Origin: Gammaproteobacteria bacterium
GTDB taxonomy: Bacteria; Pseudomonadota; Gammaproteobacteria; JAJDYQ01
Direction: 5' to 3'
Assembly (NCBI GenBank): GCA_965214035.1
Contig: OZ243932.1
Location: 1,768,305 to 1,832,304 of the forward strand
Length of the DNA: 64,000 nucleotides
Part shown: positions 1 through 8,692 of the stretch, piece after piece
How positions within the stretch are numbered: the stretch's first letter is position 1
Layout: each line of letters opens with the position of its first letter
Position numbers and translations under genes: made by a program
The notes under the pieces: model-generated
Told to the model about the DNA's origin: nothing
The model's input: only the letters and a program-made list of their open reading frames with translations
The model's database searches: none

Positions 1-150
1 ACAGTGGCGAAAGGCTGTCAGCGCATGCCTTGTGCCGGGACTTTTCCGCCGATTGAGTTGGCAGCGTCTTGCGTCCTATCTGGCTCAGGCGCCGGAACTG
101 GACTATCTTGTTTACGGGCTGCGCAAGTACGGATTCCATATGCAAGCCGG

Positions 151-759
151 TTATTGCCCGGACGGTTTTTCCACGTCCTGACGCCCTGTCACGCCCGCCG
201 TCAGGATCAGGCGCATAGCCTTTTCCATGCTGATGTTGACAGGATTTATCTGTTTCCGGGGAACATATATGGTAAACCCGCCAATCATATAGCTCATCGG
301 AATATAGATACCAACAAGGTCTTCGCCATGGTCCTGCAGCGGGATGTCGGGCGTTTCCTGGGTAATAAAGCCGATAACGCGTATGCCGTTTTCCAGGGTA
401 ATCTCCACCACCCGATTCATACTCTCACGATCACGGGATGAGGTGATGAACTGCATCATGTCCTGCACCGCATTAAAAATTGTATTGGCGACCGGGACAT
501 GGGTAATGAAATGATGCAGCTTTCGAATCAGGAACTGGCCGACGCGGTTGTTGACCAGGATGCCAATGAGCATGATTAAGACCAATGCGGTAACGCTGCC
601 CATGCCGGGCCAGTAATACTCATCAGAAATGAAATATTGAATCGCGGCGCCAAAAAACGCCTCGCTGCTGACGGCCAGCCAGTACAGGACATATACGGTA
701 ATAAACAGCGGCAATACCGTCGCAAGCCCTTTAAGCAGAATGCCGGCAAATCGATTCAT
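151..759 (-). CDS. DUF502 family membrane protein
   Basis: Two N-terminal TM segments; LLKGLATVLPLFIT, IGFIT and IYIPMSYMIGGFTIYVP motifs typical of DUF502. Confidence 0.85.
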   Translation of the reverse strand: MNRFAGILLKGLATVLPLFITVYVLYWLAVSSEAFFGAAIQYFISDEYYWPGMGSVTALVLIMLIGILVNNRVGQFLIRKLHHFITHVPVANTIFNAVQDMMQFITSSRDRESMNRVVEITLENGIRVIGFITQETPDIPLQDHGEDLVGIYIPMSYMIGGFTIYVPRKQINPVNISMEKAMRLILTAGVTGRQDVEKPSGQ

Positions 760-774
760 AAGGTATGCCCGTGA

Positions 775-2157
775 TTATCCATAAATTATTCCAGGCAGCC
801 ACGTAGCCAGCCACGGCCAGACTGAAAGTATGGCCAGAGCCAGCAACTGAATCACGATAAAGGGCAACACGCCTTTATAGATTTGGGTCGTCGTCACGCC
901 GGCGGGGGCGACGCCGCGCAGATAGAAAAGAGAAAAGCCGAATGGCGGCGTCAAAAATGAAGTTTGCAGGTTGATCGCTATCATCACGCCCAGCCAGACG
1001 GGGTCAACGCCCATGGCCAGCAGGGTCGGGCCGACGATGGGCACAATGACAAAGATAATTTCGATAAAATCAAGTACAAACCCCAGCAGAAACATCAACA
1101 CCATGACGGCCAGCATGGCACCAAACACGCCACCGGGCAAACTGCTGAGCAGACGATGCACCGCATCATCCCCGCCAAAACCACGAAACACCAGCGCAAA
1201 AATGGAAGCACCGATCAGGATAAGAAAAACCATGCAGGAAATCCGGGTCGTGGTGCGCACAACATCCCGCAGCATATCCATGCTGAACTGCCGCTGACCG
1301 ACAGCGAGCAGGATGGCACCGACGGCACCGACAGAAGCCGCCTCGGTCGGTGTTGCCAGGCCGGCCAGAATGGAACCGAGCACGGCGAAAATCAGCATCG
1401 TGGGCGGCACCAACACACGCAATATTTGTAACAACAACTGCCGGCGGTTCAGAGCATGTTCGGCGGCGGGTATGGGCGGCATAGCCTCAGGCCTGATAAT
1501 CGAGACCAGTACCAGCCAGACGATATACATAAAGACAAGCAGCAAACCGGGTATCAGCGCACCGGCAAAGAGATCGCCGACCGAAACCGTTTCGGGAGAA
1601 AAGATATTCAGGGAAAGCTGCGCCTGCTGATAGGCACTGGACAGCACATCACCGAGCAACACGAGCACGATGGAAGGCGGAATAATCTGCCCCAGTGTGC
1701 CGGACGCACAGATCGTGCCACAGGAGACAGCAGGTGAATAACCGCGGCGCAGCATGATCGGCAAAGACAACAGACCCATGGTGACCACGGTTGCGCCGAC
1801 GATTCCGGTGCTGGCTGCCAGCAACATGCCGACAATGGTGACGGATATACCCAATCCGCCGGGCAGGGAACCAAACAGCATCGCCATGGTATCCAGCAGA
1901 TTTTCGGCGACACGGGAACGTTCCAGCATAACCCCCATAAAGACAAACAGCGGCACGGCGGCGAGCGTCTCATTAGTCATTATCCCGAACAGTCGCCCGG
2001 ACAAAAAGCCAAAATCACCGGGATTGAACGTATTGGTAAGGATGCCGATACCACTGAACAGTATGGCGGTGCCAGCCAGACTGAATGCCACCGGGAAGCC
2101 TGCCAGCAGAACCAGACACACGGTCAGGAACAACCACAGCGCCATCCATTCATTCAT
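775..2157 (-). CDS. dctM: TRAP transporter large permease subunit
   Basis: Highly hydrophobic 460 aa; GFPVAFSL, SGTLGQIIPPS, ATPTEAA and LTPPFGFSLFYL DctM motifs. Confidence 0.95.
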   Translation of the reverse strand: MNEWMALWLFLTVCLVLLAGFPVAFSLAGTAILFSGIGILTNTFNPGDFGFLSGRLFGIMTNETLAAVPLFVFMGVMLERSRVAENLLDTMAMLFGSLPGGLGISVTIVGMLLAASTGIVGATVVTMGLLSLPIMLRRGYSPAVSCGTICASGTLGQIIPPSIVLVLLGDVLSSAYQQAQLSLNIFSPETVSVGDLFAGALIPGLLLVFMYIVWLVLVSIIRPEAMPPIPAAEHALNRRQLLLQILRVLVPPTMLIFAVLGSILAGLATPTEAASVGAVGAILLAVGQRQFSMDMLRDVVRTTTRISCMVFLILIGASIFALVFRGFGGDDAVHRLLSSLPGGVFGAMLAVMVLMFLLGFVLDFIEIIFVIVPIVGPTLLAMGVDPVWLGVMIAINLQTSFLTPPFGFSLFYLRGVAPAGVTTTQIYKGVLPFIVIQLLALAILSVWPWLATWLPGIIYG

Positions 2158-2693
2158 GTCTTACTCTCGCAGTCTGCGGGGAAATCCTCCAGCCCCATAA
2201 TGCGTGCGGCGTTATGGATAGCCATGGATATACCCTGCAACAACAACAGCAGAGCCGCTAATGGAATAATCGATTTCAGCAGAAAAATCGCCGGGATACC
2301 GCCTGTCTCTCTGGAGCCCTCCATGAGCTGCCAGGAAGTCACCACATAAGGCAGGCTGATCCACAGGATCAATGTACAAGTCGGTGCGAGCAACAGGATA
2401 ACGCCCAGCAGATTGATCCGGCTTTGGGCGCGAGGAGACAATTTACGGTGCAGCACATCGACACACACATGCCCCCCATCCTGCAAGGTCCATGCAGCAC
2501 CGAGCATAAAAACAACGGCGTGCATCCAGAGATAACTCTCCTGTATCCAGATGCGGCCAAACTGAAAGCCGTAGCGCATGACGACCACCGCAAATGTCAC
2601 CACAACAACGGCCAGAACCAGCCAGCTTACTGATTTGCCGACCCAAGCGTTCAACCGGTCGATCAATCCAGCAAGTATGAGCAGGGGTTTCAT
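2154..2693 (-). CDS. dctQ: TRAP transporter small permease subunit
   Basis: 4 TM, VVMRYGF and GGHVCVD motifs; overlaps dctM start; start re-placed at ATG 2693 (MKPLL). Confidence 0.9.
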   Translation of the reverse strand: MKPLLILAGLIDRLNAWVGKSVSWLVLAVVVVTFAVVVMRYGFQFGRIWIQESYLWMHAVVFMLGAAWTLQDGGHVCVDVLHRKLSPRAQSRINLLGVILLLAPTCTLILWISLPYVVTSWQLMEGSRETGGIPAIFLLKSIIPLAALLLLLQGISMAIHNAARIMGLEDFPADCESKT

Positions 2694-2786
2694 GATGCGG
2701 TCATTATAGAGCATGAACCTGTCCGGGGTAATGGGTTTTACGCAATGAATCCCGGAACAGACCATTATGGGCAGGCTTGCGACCCC

Positions 2787-2815
2787 TTGATTGCACTGCA
2801 AGCGAAGTGTAAATT
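2787..2815 (+). promoter_or_regulatory. Putative sigma70 promoter of the TA-RM operon (TTGATT-N17-TAAATT)
   Basis: Canonical spacing just upstream of fitA; imperfect TGATTGCA/TGCAACCA inverted half-sites overlap or flank it (possible RHH operator). Confidence 0.4.
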
Positions 2816-2839
2816 AAACTGCTGCAACCATCAGGGGAC

Positions 2840-3088
2840 ATGACCATGGCAAGCATCACGATCCGCAATCTCGACGACGATGTAAAGGCGCGTCTGCGCG
2901 TGCAGGCTGCGGAACATCATCACTCAATGGAAGAGGAAGCCCGACAGATTCTCCGTAAAGCTGTCGGTCACAAGCCGGATTGCCAGAATCTTGTGAGTAT
3001 CATCCGAGCTCGGATCGAGCCTCTCGGTGGAATGGACCTGGAGTTGCCACCACGCGGCCCGGGGCGCGAACCGCCTTCCTTCGATTAA
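2840..3088 (+). CDS. FitA-like ribbon-helix-helix antitoxin
   Basis: MASITIRNLDDDVKARLRVQAAEHHHSMEEEARQIL, classic FitA/plasmid-stability RHH; precedes a PIN toxin. Confidence 0.9.
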   Translation: MTMASITIRNLDDDVKARLRVQAAEHHHSMEEEARQILRKAVGHKPDCQNLVSIIRARIEPLGGMDLELPPRGPGREPPSFD

Positions 3089-3098
3089 GCATACAAAC

Positions 3099-3524
3099 GT
3101 GTCCTGGCTGCTTGACACCAATGTCGTATCCGAACTCCTGCGTCCGTCGCTGCATCCGGCGGTAGAGGTGTGGGTCGAGGAACGTTCAGCGATAGATTTA
3201 TATTTCTCGGCGATTGGTGAAGCGGAGTTGCGCTATGGTGTTGTGACTCTACCTATGGGCCAACGCCGGGATGCGCTTGCTCTCGTGGTCGAGGCAATTT
3301 TGCGAGAAGATTTCAATGGTCGAATCCTTCCTTTCGACTGCGCTGCAGCCCGCCAATATGCAGACATTGCCGCCATGCGCCGCGCCATCGATCGCCCCAT
3401 TGCGCCCACGGATTGCCAGATAGCTGCCATCGCACGTTCGCAGGGAATGGCAGTGGTCACCCGCAACATCCGCGACTTCGAGGGCATGAATGTAGAAGTC
3501 ATCGATCCCTGGACGGCAGCATGA
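3099..3524 (+). CDS. vapC: VapC/FitB PIN-domain toxin
   Basis: LLDTNVVSE...ELRYG...DCQIAAIA...VVTRNIRDF PIN motifs; GTG start at 3099; stop overlaps hsdR ATG. Confidence 0.9.
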   Translation: MSWLLDTNVVSELLRPSLHPAVEVWVEERSAIDLYFSAIGEAELRYGVVTLPMGQRRDALALVVEAILREDFNGRILPFDCAAARQYADIAAMRRAIDRPIAPTDCQIAAIARSQGMAVVTRNIRDFEGMNVEVIDPWTAA

Positions 3525-5656
3525 GCGGCACCAACGAAGCCTTCGCACGAGTCAAGATCGATGCCCTGCTCAAGGATGCAAGCTGGAACCTGACTGATGG
3601 CTCCAGCGTGTTATTCGAACACACCCTGCCCGATGGCACCCAGGCCGACTATGTGCTGTGCGACCGACAGGGCCGGCCCATGGCAGTGCTGGAAGCCAAG
3701 CGGGCGAGCACCGACCCCATAACAGCGCAGGACCAGGGGCGCCACTATGCCGAACAACTCAATGTGCCCTTCGTATTCCTGTCGAACGGCGAGGAAGTGC
3801 GATTTCTGGACCGGGAAACAGACGCCTACGCCCGCCTAATCTCCGGCTTCTATGCCCAGGACGATCTCGAACGGCGCATCGCGGCGCGACAGAACCACCG
3901 CGACCTCGCCACAATCGCCATCGACCGGCAAATCGTCAACCGCAACTACCAGATAGAATGTATTGAAGCACTATCTGCCGAAGTCTCCCGTGGACGACGC
4001 AAACTGCTGATCGAAATGGCGACAGGCACCGGCAAAACCCGCACAGCGGCCGCCTTTATCAAACGACTGTTCGAGGCAGGCAGGGTCACCCGCGTACTGT
4101 TTCTGGTGGACCGCATCGCCCTGGCACGGCAGGCCGAAGACACCTTTGCCGACCACCTGCGGGACTGCCCCTGCCATGTGCTGCGCCCCGGTCGTGGCTT
4201 TGACCGCGCCAAACGCATCACAATCGCCACCCTGCAAACCCTGATTGCAGACTACCACGACCTGTCTCCCGGCTACTTCGATCTGGTCATCACCGACGAA
4301 TGCCACCGCTCCATCTACGGCCAGTGGAGCGGCGTACTGCGACATTTCGATGGCGTTCAACTCGGCCTGACCGCCACCCCCTGCACTGCGGAGACCGACC
4401 ACTCCCCCGATCCGGAAGACAATCAATTCGTGCGCGACACACTGCGATTTTTCGAACTCACCGAACCGACCTATCGCTACACCCTGCGCACCGCCATCCA
4501 TGAGGGTCATCTGGTTCCCTACCGCATATACAGGGCCATGACAGTCAAAACCGCTGCCGAAGGTGGATTCCCGGTCAGCCGCAACGAACTCGACTGGAGC
4601 GCAATGGACGAGCAGACCCGTACCGAATTTGAAAAACAATTCGCCAGTTCGGACCAAGACACCATCACAGTCGATCCGCGCACCCTGGAACGCCAGTTCA
4701 CCATCCCCGAACGCAACCGCGCCCTGGCAAGGGAATTTCGTGATGCGCACGAAAAGGGCTTCATGGGCCGCGACGGCATCCGGCGCTGGCCCGCCTGGGG
4801 CAAAACCATCGTATTCGCGGTGACCAAGCGCCATGCCGAAACACTGGCAGAAATGTTCGATGCACACTTCGCCGACAAGAAACCACACCCCGCGACGCGC
4901 TACGCCGACTTCGTGGTCAGCGATGTCGGTGGAGGTCCCGCATCCGACCCCGGTGCCATCATCAAACGCTTCAAGGAAGAAGAGTTTCCGCAAATACTGG
5001 TCAGCGTCAACATGCTCGATACCGGCTTTGACTGCCCGGAAGTAGTCAATCTGGTCATGGCGCGATTCACCCGCAGCACCATCCTGTACCGGCAGATGCG
5101 CGGGCGCGGCACCCGCAAGGCACCGCATATCGACAAAACCGGATTCACGATCTTCGACTTTGTCGGCGTGACCGATTTTCACGGTGACGACGATACAGCG
5201 GTCAGCGGCAGTCATATCCACGAAACGCAACCCGGCTACACCTCCGGCGAACCCCGGCAACTGCTGACCCTGGATGTCAATGACCACATCGACCCGATGA
5301 GCCGCGACTGGCTCACCCTGGACGAAAATGGTCGGATCGTGCGTCCGCCGGAACACGAAGCACGCGCCGCCAGAATCGGCCTGAAATTCGAGGCATGGCG
5401 GGGCGAACATGAAGGATTCAACACCGAACAGATGCGCTGGGTAGGGCTGATCGGCAGCCGTGTCAAAACAGACACGATGGATGCGTTTGGTGAATGGGAC
5501 TTTGACGGCCATCCGTTCACTGCACTCGGAGGCTACGATCAGGCGCGGCGCGTGTTTGGCGGCGAGCAATCCCTGGAGCAGCTGATCACCGGACTCAACG
5601 CCGCCGTGTTCGGCGGGCCATCAACGACCGGCGACTCCCACATGGAGCAGGGATAA
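3521..5656 (+). CDS. hsdR: Type I restriction enzyme R subunit (EcoEI-like, compact)
   Basis: ADYVL..LEAKR nuclease, QxxxY, MATGTGKT Walker A, DECHRS, MLDTGFD, QMRGRGTR; start ATG 3521 (ATGA overlap with vapC). Confidence 0.9.
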   Translation: MSGTNEAFARVKIDALLKDASWNLTDGSSVLFEHTLPDGTQADYVLCDRQGRPMAVLEAKRASTDPITAQDQGRHYAEQLNVPFVFLSNGEEVRFLDRETDAYARLISGFYAQDDLERRIAARQNHRDLATIAIDRQIVNRNYQIECIEALSAEVSRGRRKLLIEMATGTGKTRTAAAFIKRLFEAGRVTRVLFLVDRIALARQAEDTFADHLRDCPCHVLRPGRGFDRAKRITIATLQTLIADYHDLSPGYFDLVITDECHRSIYGQWSGVLRHFDGVQLGLTATPCTAETDHSPDPEDNQFVRDTLRFFELTEPTYRYTLRTAIHEGHLVPYRIYRAMTVKTAAEGGFPVSRNELDWSAMDEQTRTEFEKQFASSDQDTITVDPRTLERQFTIPERNRALAREFRDAHEKGFMGRDGIRRWPAWGKTIVFAVTKRHAETLAEMFDAHFADKKPHPATRYADFVVSDVGGGPASDPGAIIKRFKEEEFPQILVSVNMLDTGFDCPEVVNLVMARFTRSTILYRQMRGRGTRKAPHIDKTGFTIFDFVGVTDFHGDDDTAVSGSHIHETQPGYTSGEPRQLLTLDVNDHIDPMSRDWLTLDENGRIVRPPEHEARAARIGLKFEAWRGEHEGFNTEQMRWVGLIGSRVKTDTMDAFGEWDFDGHPFTALGGYDQARRVFGGEQSLEQLITGLNAAVFGGPSTTGDSHMEQG

Positions 5657-5660
5657 CGAT

Positions 5661-7292
5661 ATGCCCATGACCCCCGAACTGCGGCGAGGCATCGACCGCA
5701 TCCGCGATTATCTGTTTGGCGGCGGCTACCCGAATCCGGCGCCAAACGCCGAGCAACTCAGTTTTCTGATTTACTTCTACATGTACGAGGCGGCGGACGC
5801 GGCACGGGTGCGTGCGGCAAAGCGACCGGGCACCGCACCCTACAACAGCGCCTTCAAGGACAAATGGACCCTGCGCGACCCACGCAATGCGCCGCAATCG
5901 GGCGAGACCACCGTGCCGGGAGAACGGCTGCGCTGGTCATCCTGGGCGAATGCACTGAACGGTGAGCGGCTGGTCAACTGGGTACGCGAGGAAGTCTTCG
6001 CATTCCATGCCGCAATCGCCGCCAATAGCGCGACCGACTTCATGGACGGTGCCCGGCTGATCATCGACGAACCGACCGTACTCACCCAGGTAGTCAGCCA
6101 GCTCAACGACCTGCATCTGGACCGCGTGGATGCGGACACCAAGGGCGACCTGTTCGAGCATGTCCTGCGCCAGATCCGGCAGGCCGGCGAACTCGGACAA
6201 TTCCGCACACCGCGCCATGTCATCCGCGCCCTGATCCGACTGGTCGATCCCCGTATTGGCGAAACGATATACGACCCGGCGGCCGGCACCGCCGGCTTTC
6301 TGGTCGGTGCCTGGGACCACATCCGGCTCGCCAACTCCTCGCCCGACGGCATTGAAGAAATGGAGGCGGACGGCAAGAAAATCCGGCGCGGGCTGGGCGA
6401 CACACTCAGCCGCGACGCGGTCAGACAGCTACACGAAGCCACCTTCTACGGCACCGATGTTGATCCGCAGATGGTACGCCTCGCCACCATGAACCTGACC
6501 CTGCGCGGCCTCGACCATGTCCATATACTGCGGCGTGACGCCCTGACCCGCTCACTGGACCGCACCGCCAGAGCGGAACTCGGCCTGCCGGCCAATGGAT
6601 TCGATGTCATCCTCGCCAATCCGCCATTCTCTGGCCGACTGGACAAGGACCGCATTGTCGAAGACGTGAAAATCGGCAAAACGGCACAGACCGAACTGCT
6701 GTTCCTGCAATACATGCTCAACCAGTTGCAGGAAGGCGGCCGCTGCGGAGTGGTGGGCCCGGAGGGCGTACTGTTCGGCTCCACCGGCGCACATAAGGAA
6801 CTGCGGCGCAAACTGGTGGAGAACAATACAGTAGAGGCCGTACTGTCGCTGCCAGGGGGAGTATTTAACCCCTATGCCGGAGTCAAGACTTCCGTATTGG
6901 TCTTCCGCAAGGGCGGGACAACGGAGCGGGTGATGTTCCTCCATGCCGATCAGGACGGCTTCAAGCTGGATGCCAAGCACGACCAGCCGATTGAACAGGA
7001 TGATCTGCCCGGCCTGATTGAGGCGTTCCATGACCGGGAGGCGCGATGGGACGCTTGGCACAACCGTGACCTGAAAGCGGACTGGACGGAAAAATGGTGG
7101 TTTGCCGAAGCGGACGAAATTCGTGCTGCTGACTTCAACCTGAGCGCCAACCGTCACCGACCGCAGAATCGCTCGAAGGTAGAGCACCGCGATCCATTGG
7201 AGATTCTGGGAGAGTTGCGAGAGATTGAGACGGAGATTTTGGGGGAGATTGATGAACTAACCGAGGCAGTAGGGGGAGGGTCCGCCCAATGA
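5661..7292 (+). CDS. hsdM: Type I R-M N6-adenine methyltransferase subunit
   Basis: GQFRTPR, YDPAAGTAGFL motif I, ANPPF motif IV. Confidence 0.93.
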   Translation: MPMTPELRRGIDRIRDYLFGGGYPNPAPNAEQLSFLIYFYMYEAADAARVRAAKRPGTAPYNSAFKDKWTLRDPRNAPQSGETTVPGERLRWSSWANALNGERLVNWVREEVFAFHAAIAANSATDFMDGARLIIDEPTVLTQVVSQLNDLHLDRVDADTKGDLFEHVLRQIRQAGELGQFRTPRHVIRALIRLVDPRIGETIYDPAAGTAGFLVGAWDHIRLANSSPDGIEEMEADGKKIRRGLGDTLSRDAVRQLHEATFYGTDVDPQMVRLATMNLTLRGLDHVHILRRDALTRSLDRTARAELGLPANGFDVILANPPFSGRLDKDRIVEDVKIGKTAQTELLFLQYMLNQLQEGGRCGVVGPEGVLFGSTGAHKELRRKLVENNTVEAVLSLPGGVFNPYAGVKTSVLVFRKGGTTERVMFLHADQDGFKLDAKHDQPIEQDDLPGLIEAFHDREARWDAWHNRDLKADWTEKWWFAEADEIRAADFNLSANRHRPQNRSKVEHRDPLEILGELREIETEILGEIDELTEAVGGGSAQ

Positions 7293-8443
7293 CTGCTCAA
7301 GTAGCGCTCGGCGAGATTTGTCAGTTCGTGGGCGGGGGAACACCGTCTCGCAAGATTCACCGGTATTGGGATGGCGACATTCCGTGGGCGACCGTGAAGG
7401 ATTTTGGGCCGGAACAAATTTCCGCAACGGAGGAATTTATATCACAGGAGGGCTTGGACAACTCCGCTTCGAATGTAGTGCCGGCCGGCACTGTTTTGCT
7501 CGTCACAAGGGTTGGCTTGGGCAAGGTTGCGATAGCTGGCGTAGATCTGGCGATCAATCAGGATGTCAAGGCGGTCACGCCATCCAATGATGTCTTGCCA
7601 GAATTCTTGTTCTGGTCGCTAAAGTACTTGGGCCCAGAGATAGAAAGCAGAGGTGCTGGTGCGACCGTAAAGGGAGTGACCTTGCAGGATGTCAGGGAGC
7701 TCGAAATTTTCCTCCCGCCACTCGCCGAACAACGCCGTATCGTCAACATCCTGAACCGGGCGGCGAAGATTGAACGGCTGCGGAAGCAGGCACAGGAGCG
7801 ATTACGGGAATTCATCCCGGCCCTGTTCATCAAAATGTTCGGCGACCCGGCGGAGAATCCGAAGGGGTGGGAGAAACGTAGGATAGGACAAGTTTGCGTG
7901 CAAACAGAGACTCGCAGCCCCGGAGAAACCCCCTCAACTCAATTTCGCTATGTCGATATTTCCGGTATCAACGCTGTTCAGAAGAGAATTGTCACCACCC
8001 GATTGCTGCTTGGCAAAGATGCGCCAAGTCGGGCAAGAAAGGAAATCCGGACGAATGACATTATTGTGTCATCTGTCAGGCCAAACCTGAATGCCGTCGC
8101 AATCGTGCCGGATGAATTGGATCGTGAAATCGCATCGACCGGCTTTTGTGTACTGCGAGCAAATCGGAAACTGATCGAACCGCTCTATTTGTTTTGCCAT
8201 GTCATATCCCCTTTTTTCGTCGAAACAATATCGTCACAAGTCAGAGGAGCAAACTACCCGTCGGTATCCGACAAAGACATAAAGGATATTTGGATTGCTG
8301 TACCTCCACTCAAAGAGCAGCAGCAATTTACAAAGATTGTCGAGTCAGCACACACCCATTCCAGACTGGTAATGCGTGGGTCACATGTTGCCGATAACTT
8401 GACTACTTCCCTTATGTCCCACCTGCCGGAAGCAGACGCATGA
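7289..8443 (+). CDS. hsdS: Type I R-M specificity subunit
   Basis: Two TRDs, GGTPS, PPLAEQRRIV and PPLKEQ conserved repeats; ATGA overlap with hsdM. Confidence 0.93.
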   Translation: MTAQVALGEICQFVGGGTPSRKIHRYWDGDIPWATVKDFGPEQISATEEFISQEGLDNSASNVVPAGTVLLVTRVGLGKVAIAGVDLAINQDVKAVTPSNDVLPEFLFWSLKYLGPEIESRGAGATVKGVTLQDVRELEIFLPPLAEQRRIVNILNRAAKIERLRKQAQERLREFIPALFIKMFGDPAENPKGWEKRRIGQVCVQTETRSPGETPSTQFRYVDISGINAVQKRIVTTRLLLGKDAPSRARKEIRTNDIIVSSVRPNLNAVAIVPDELDREIASTGFCVLRANRKLIEPLYLFCHVISPFFVETISSQVRGANYPSVSDKDIKDIWIAVPPLKEQQQFTKIVESAHTHSRLVMRGSHVADNLTTSLMSHLPEADA

Positions 8444-8600
8444 CCGACATCGTGGATGCCAAACGGTGAAGCAGAATGATGGCTCGGATTTGCAGTCGCG
8501 ACACGGCCCCGGAGCGGGTTGTTCGTCCGATTACCCACCAGATAAACCCATGCTTTCTATTGCCCTGCAGGGAGTTGTCCGGTAGCCTTAGCAGGGCAAG
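8440..8600 (+). pseudogene. vsr: Vsr very-short-patch-repair endonuclease remnant
   Basis: ATG 8440 reads MTDIVDAKR*SRMMARICSRDTAPERVVR..H..F.L...L.G, matching the Vsr N-terminus; in-frame TGA at 8467; similarity fades after ~50 codons. Confidence 0.75.
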
Positions 8601-8692
8601 ACCATTCGGCGAAAACACAGATAAGAAATGGCTACATACCAAGCATCCTTTAGCAATGGCATCCAATACCAGCATATGATCGCGGTACTTTC

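Noticed and set aside
3971-5569. 532-aa antisense ORF inside hsdR (also 5840-6442 and 6552-7187 in hsdM)
   Set aside because: Shadow ORFs expected from GC-rich codon bias; no recognisable motifs
8467-8469. Selenocysteine or read-through at the in-frame TGA in vsr (and in the c5 remnant)
   Set aside because: Position corresponds to Arg rather than Cys, downstream sequence is degenerate, and the c5 remnant also has a TAG
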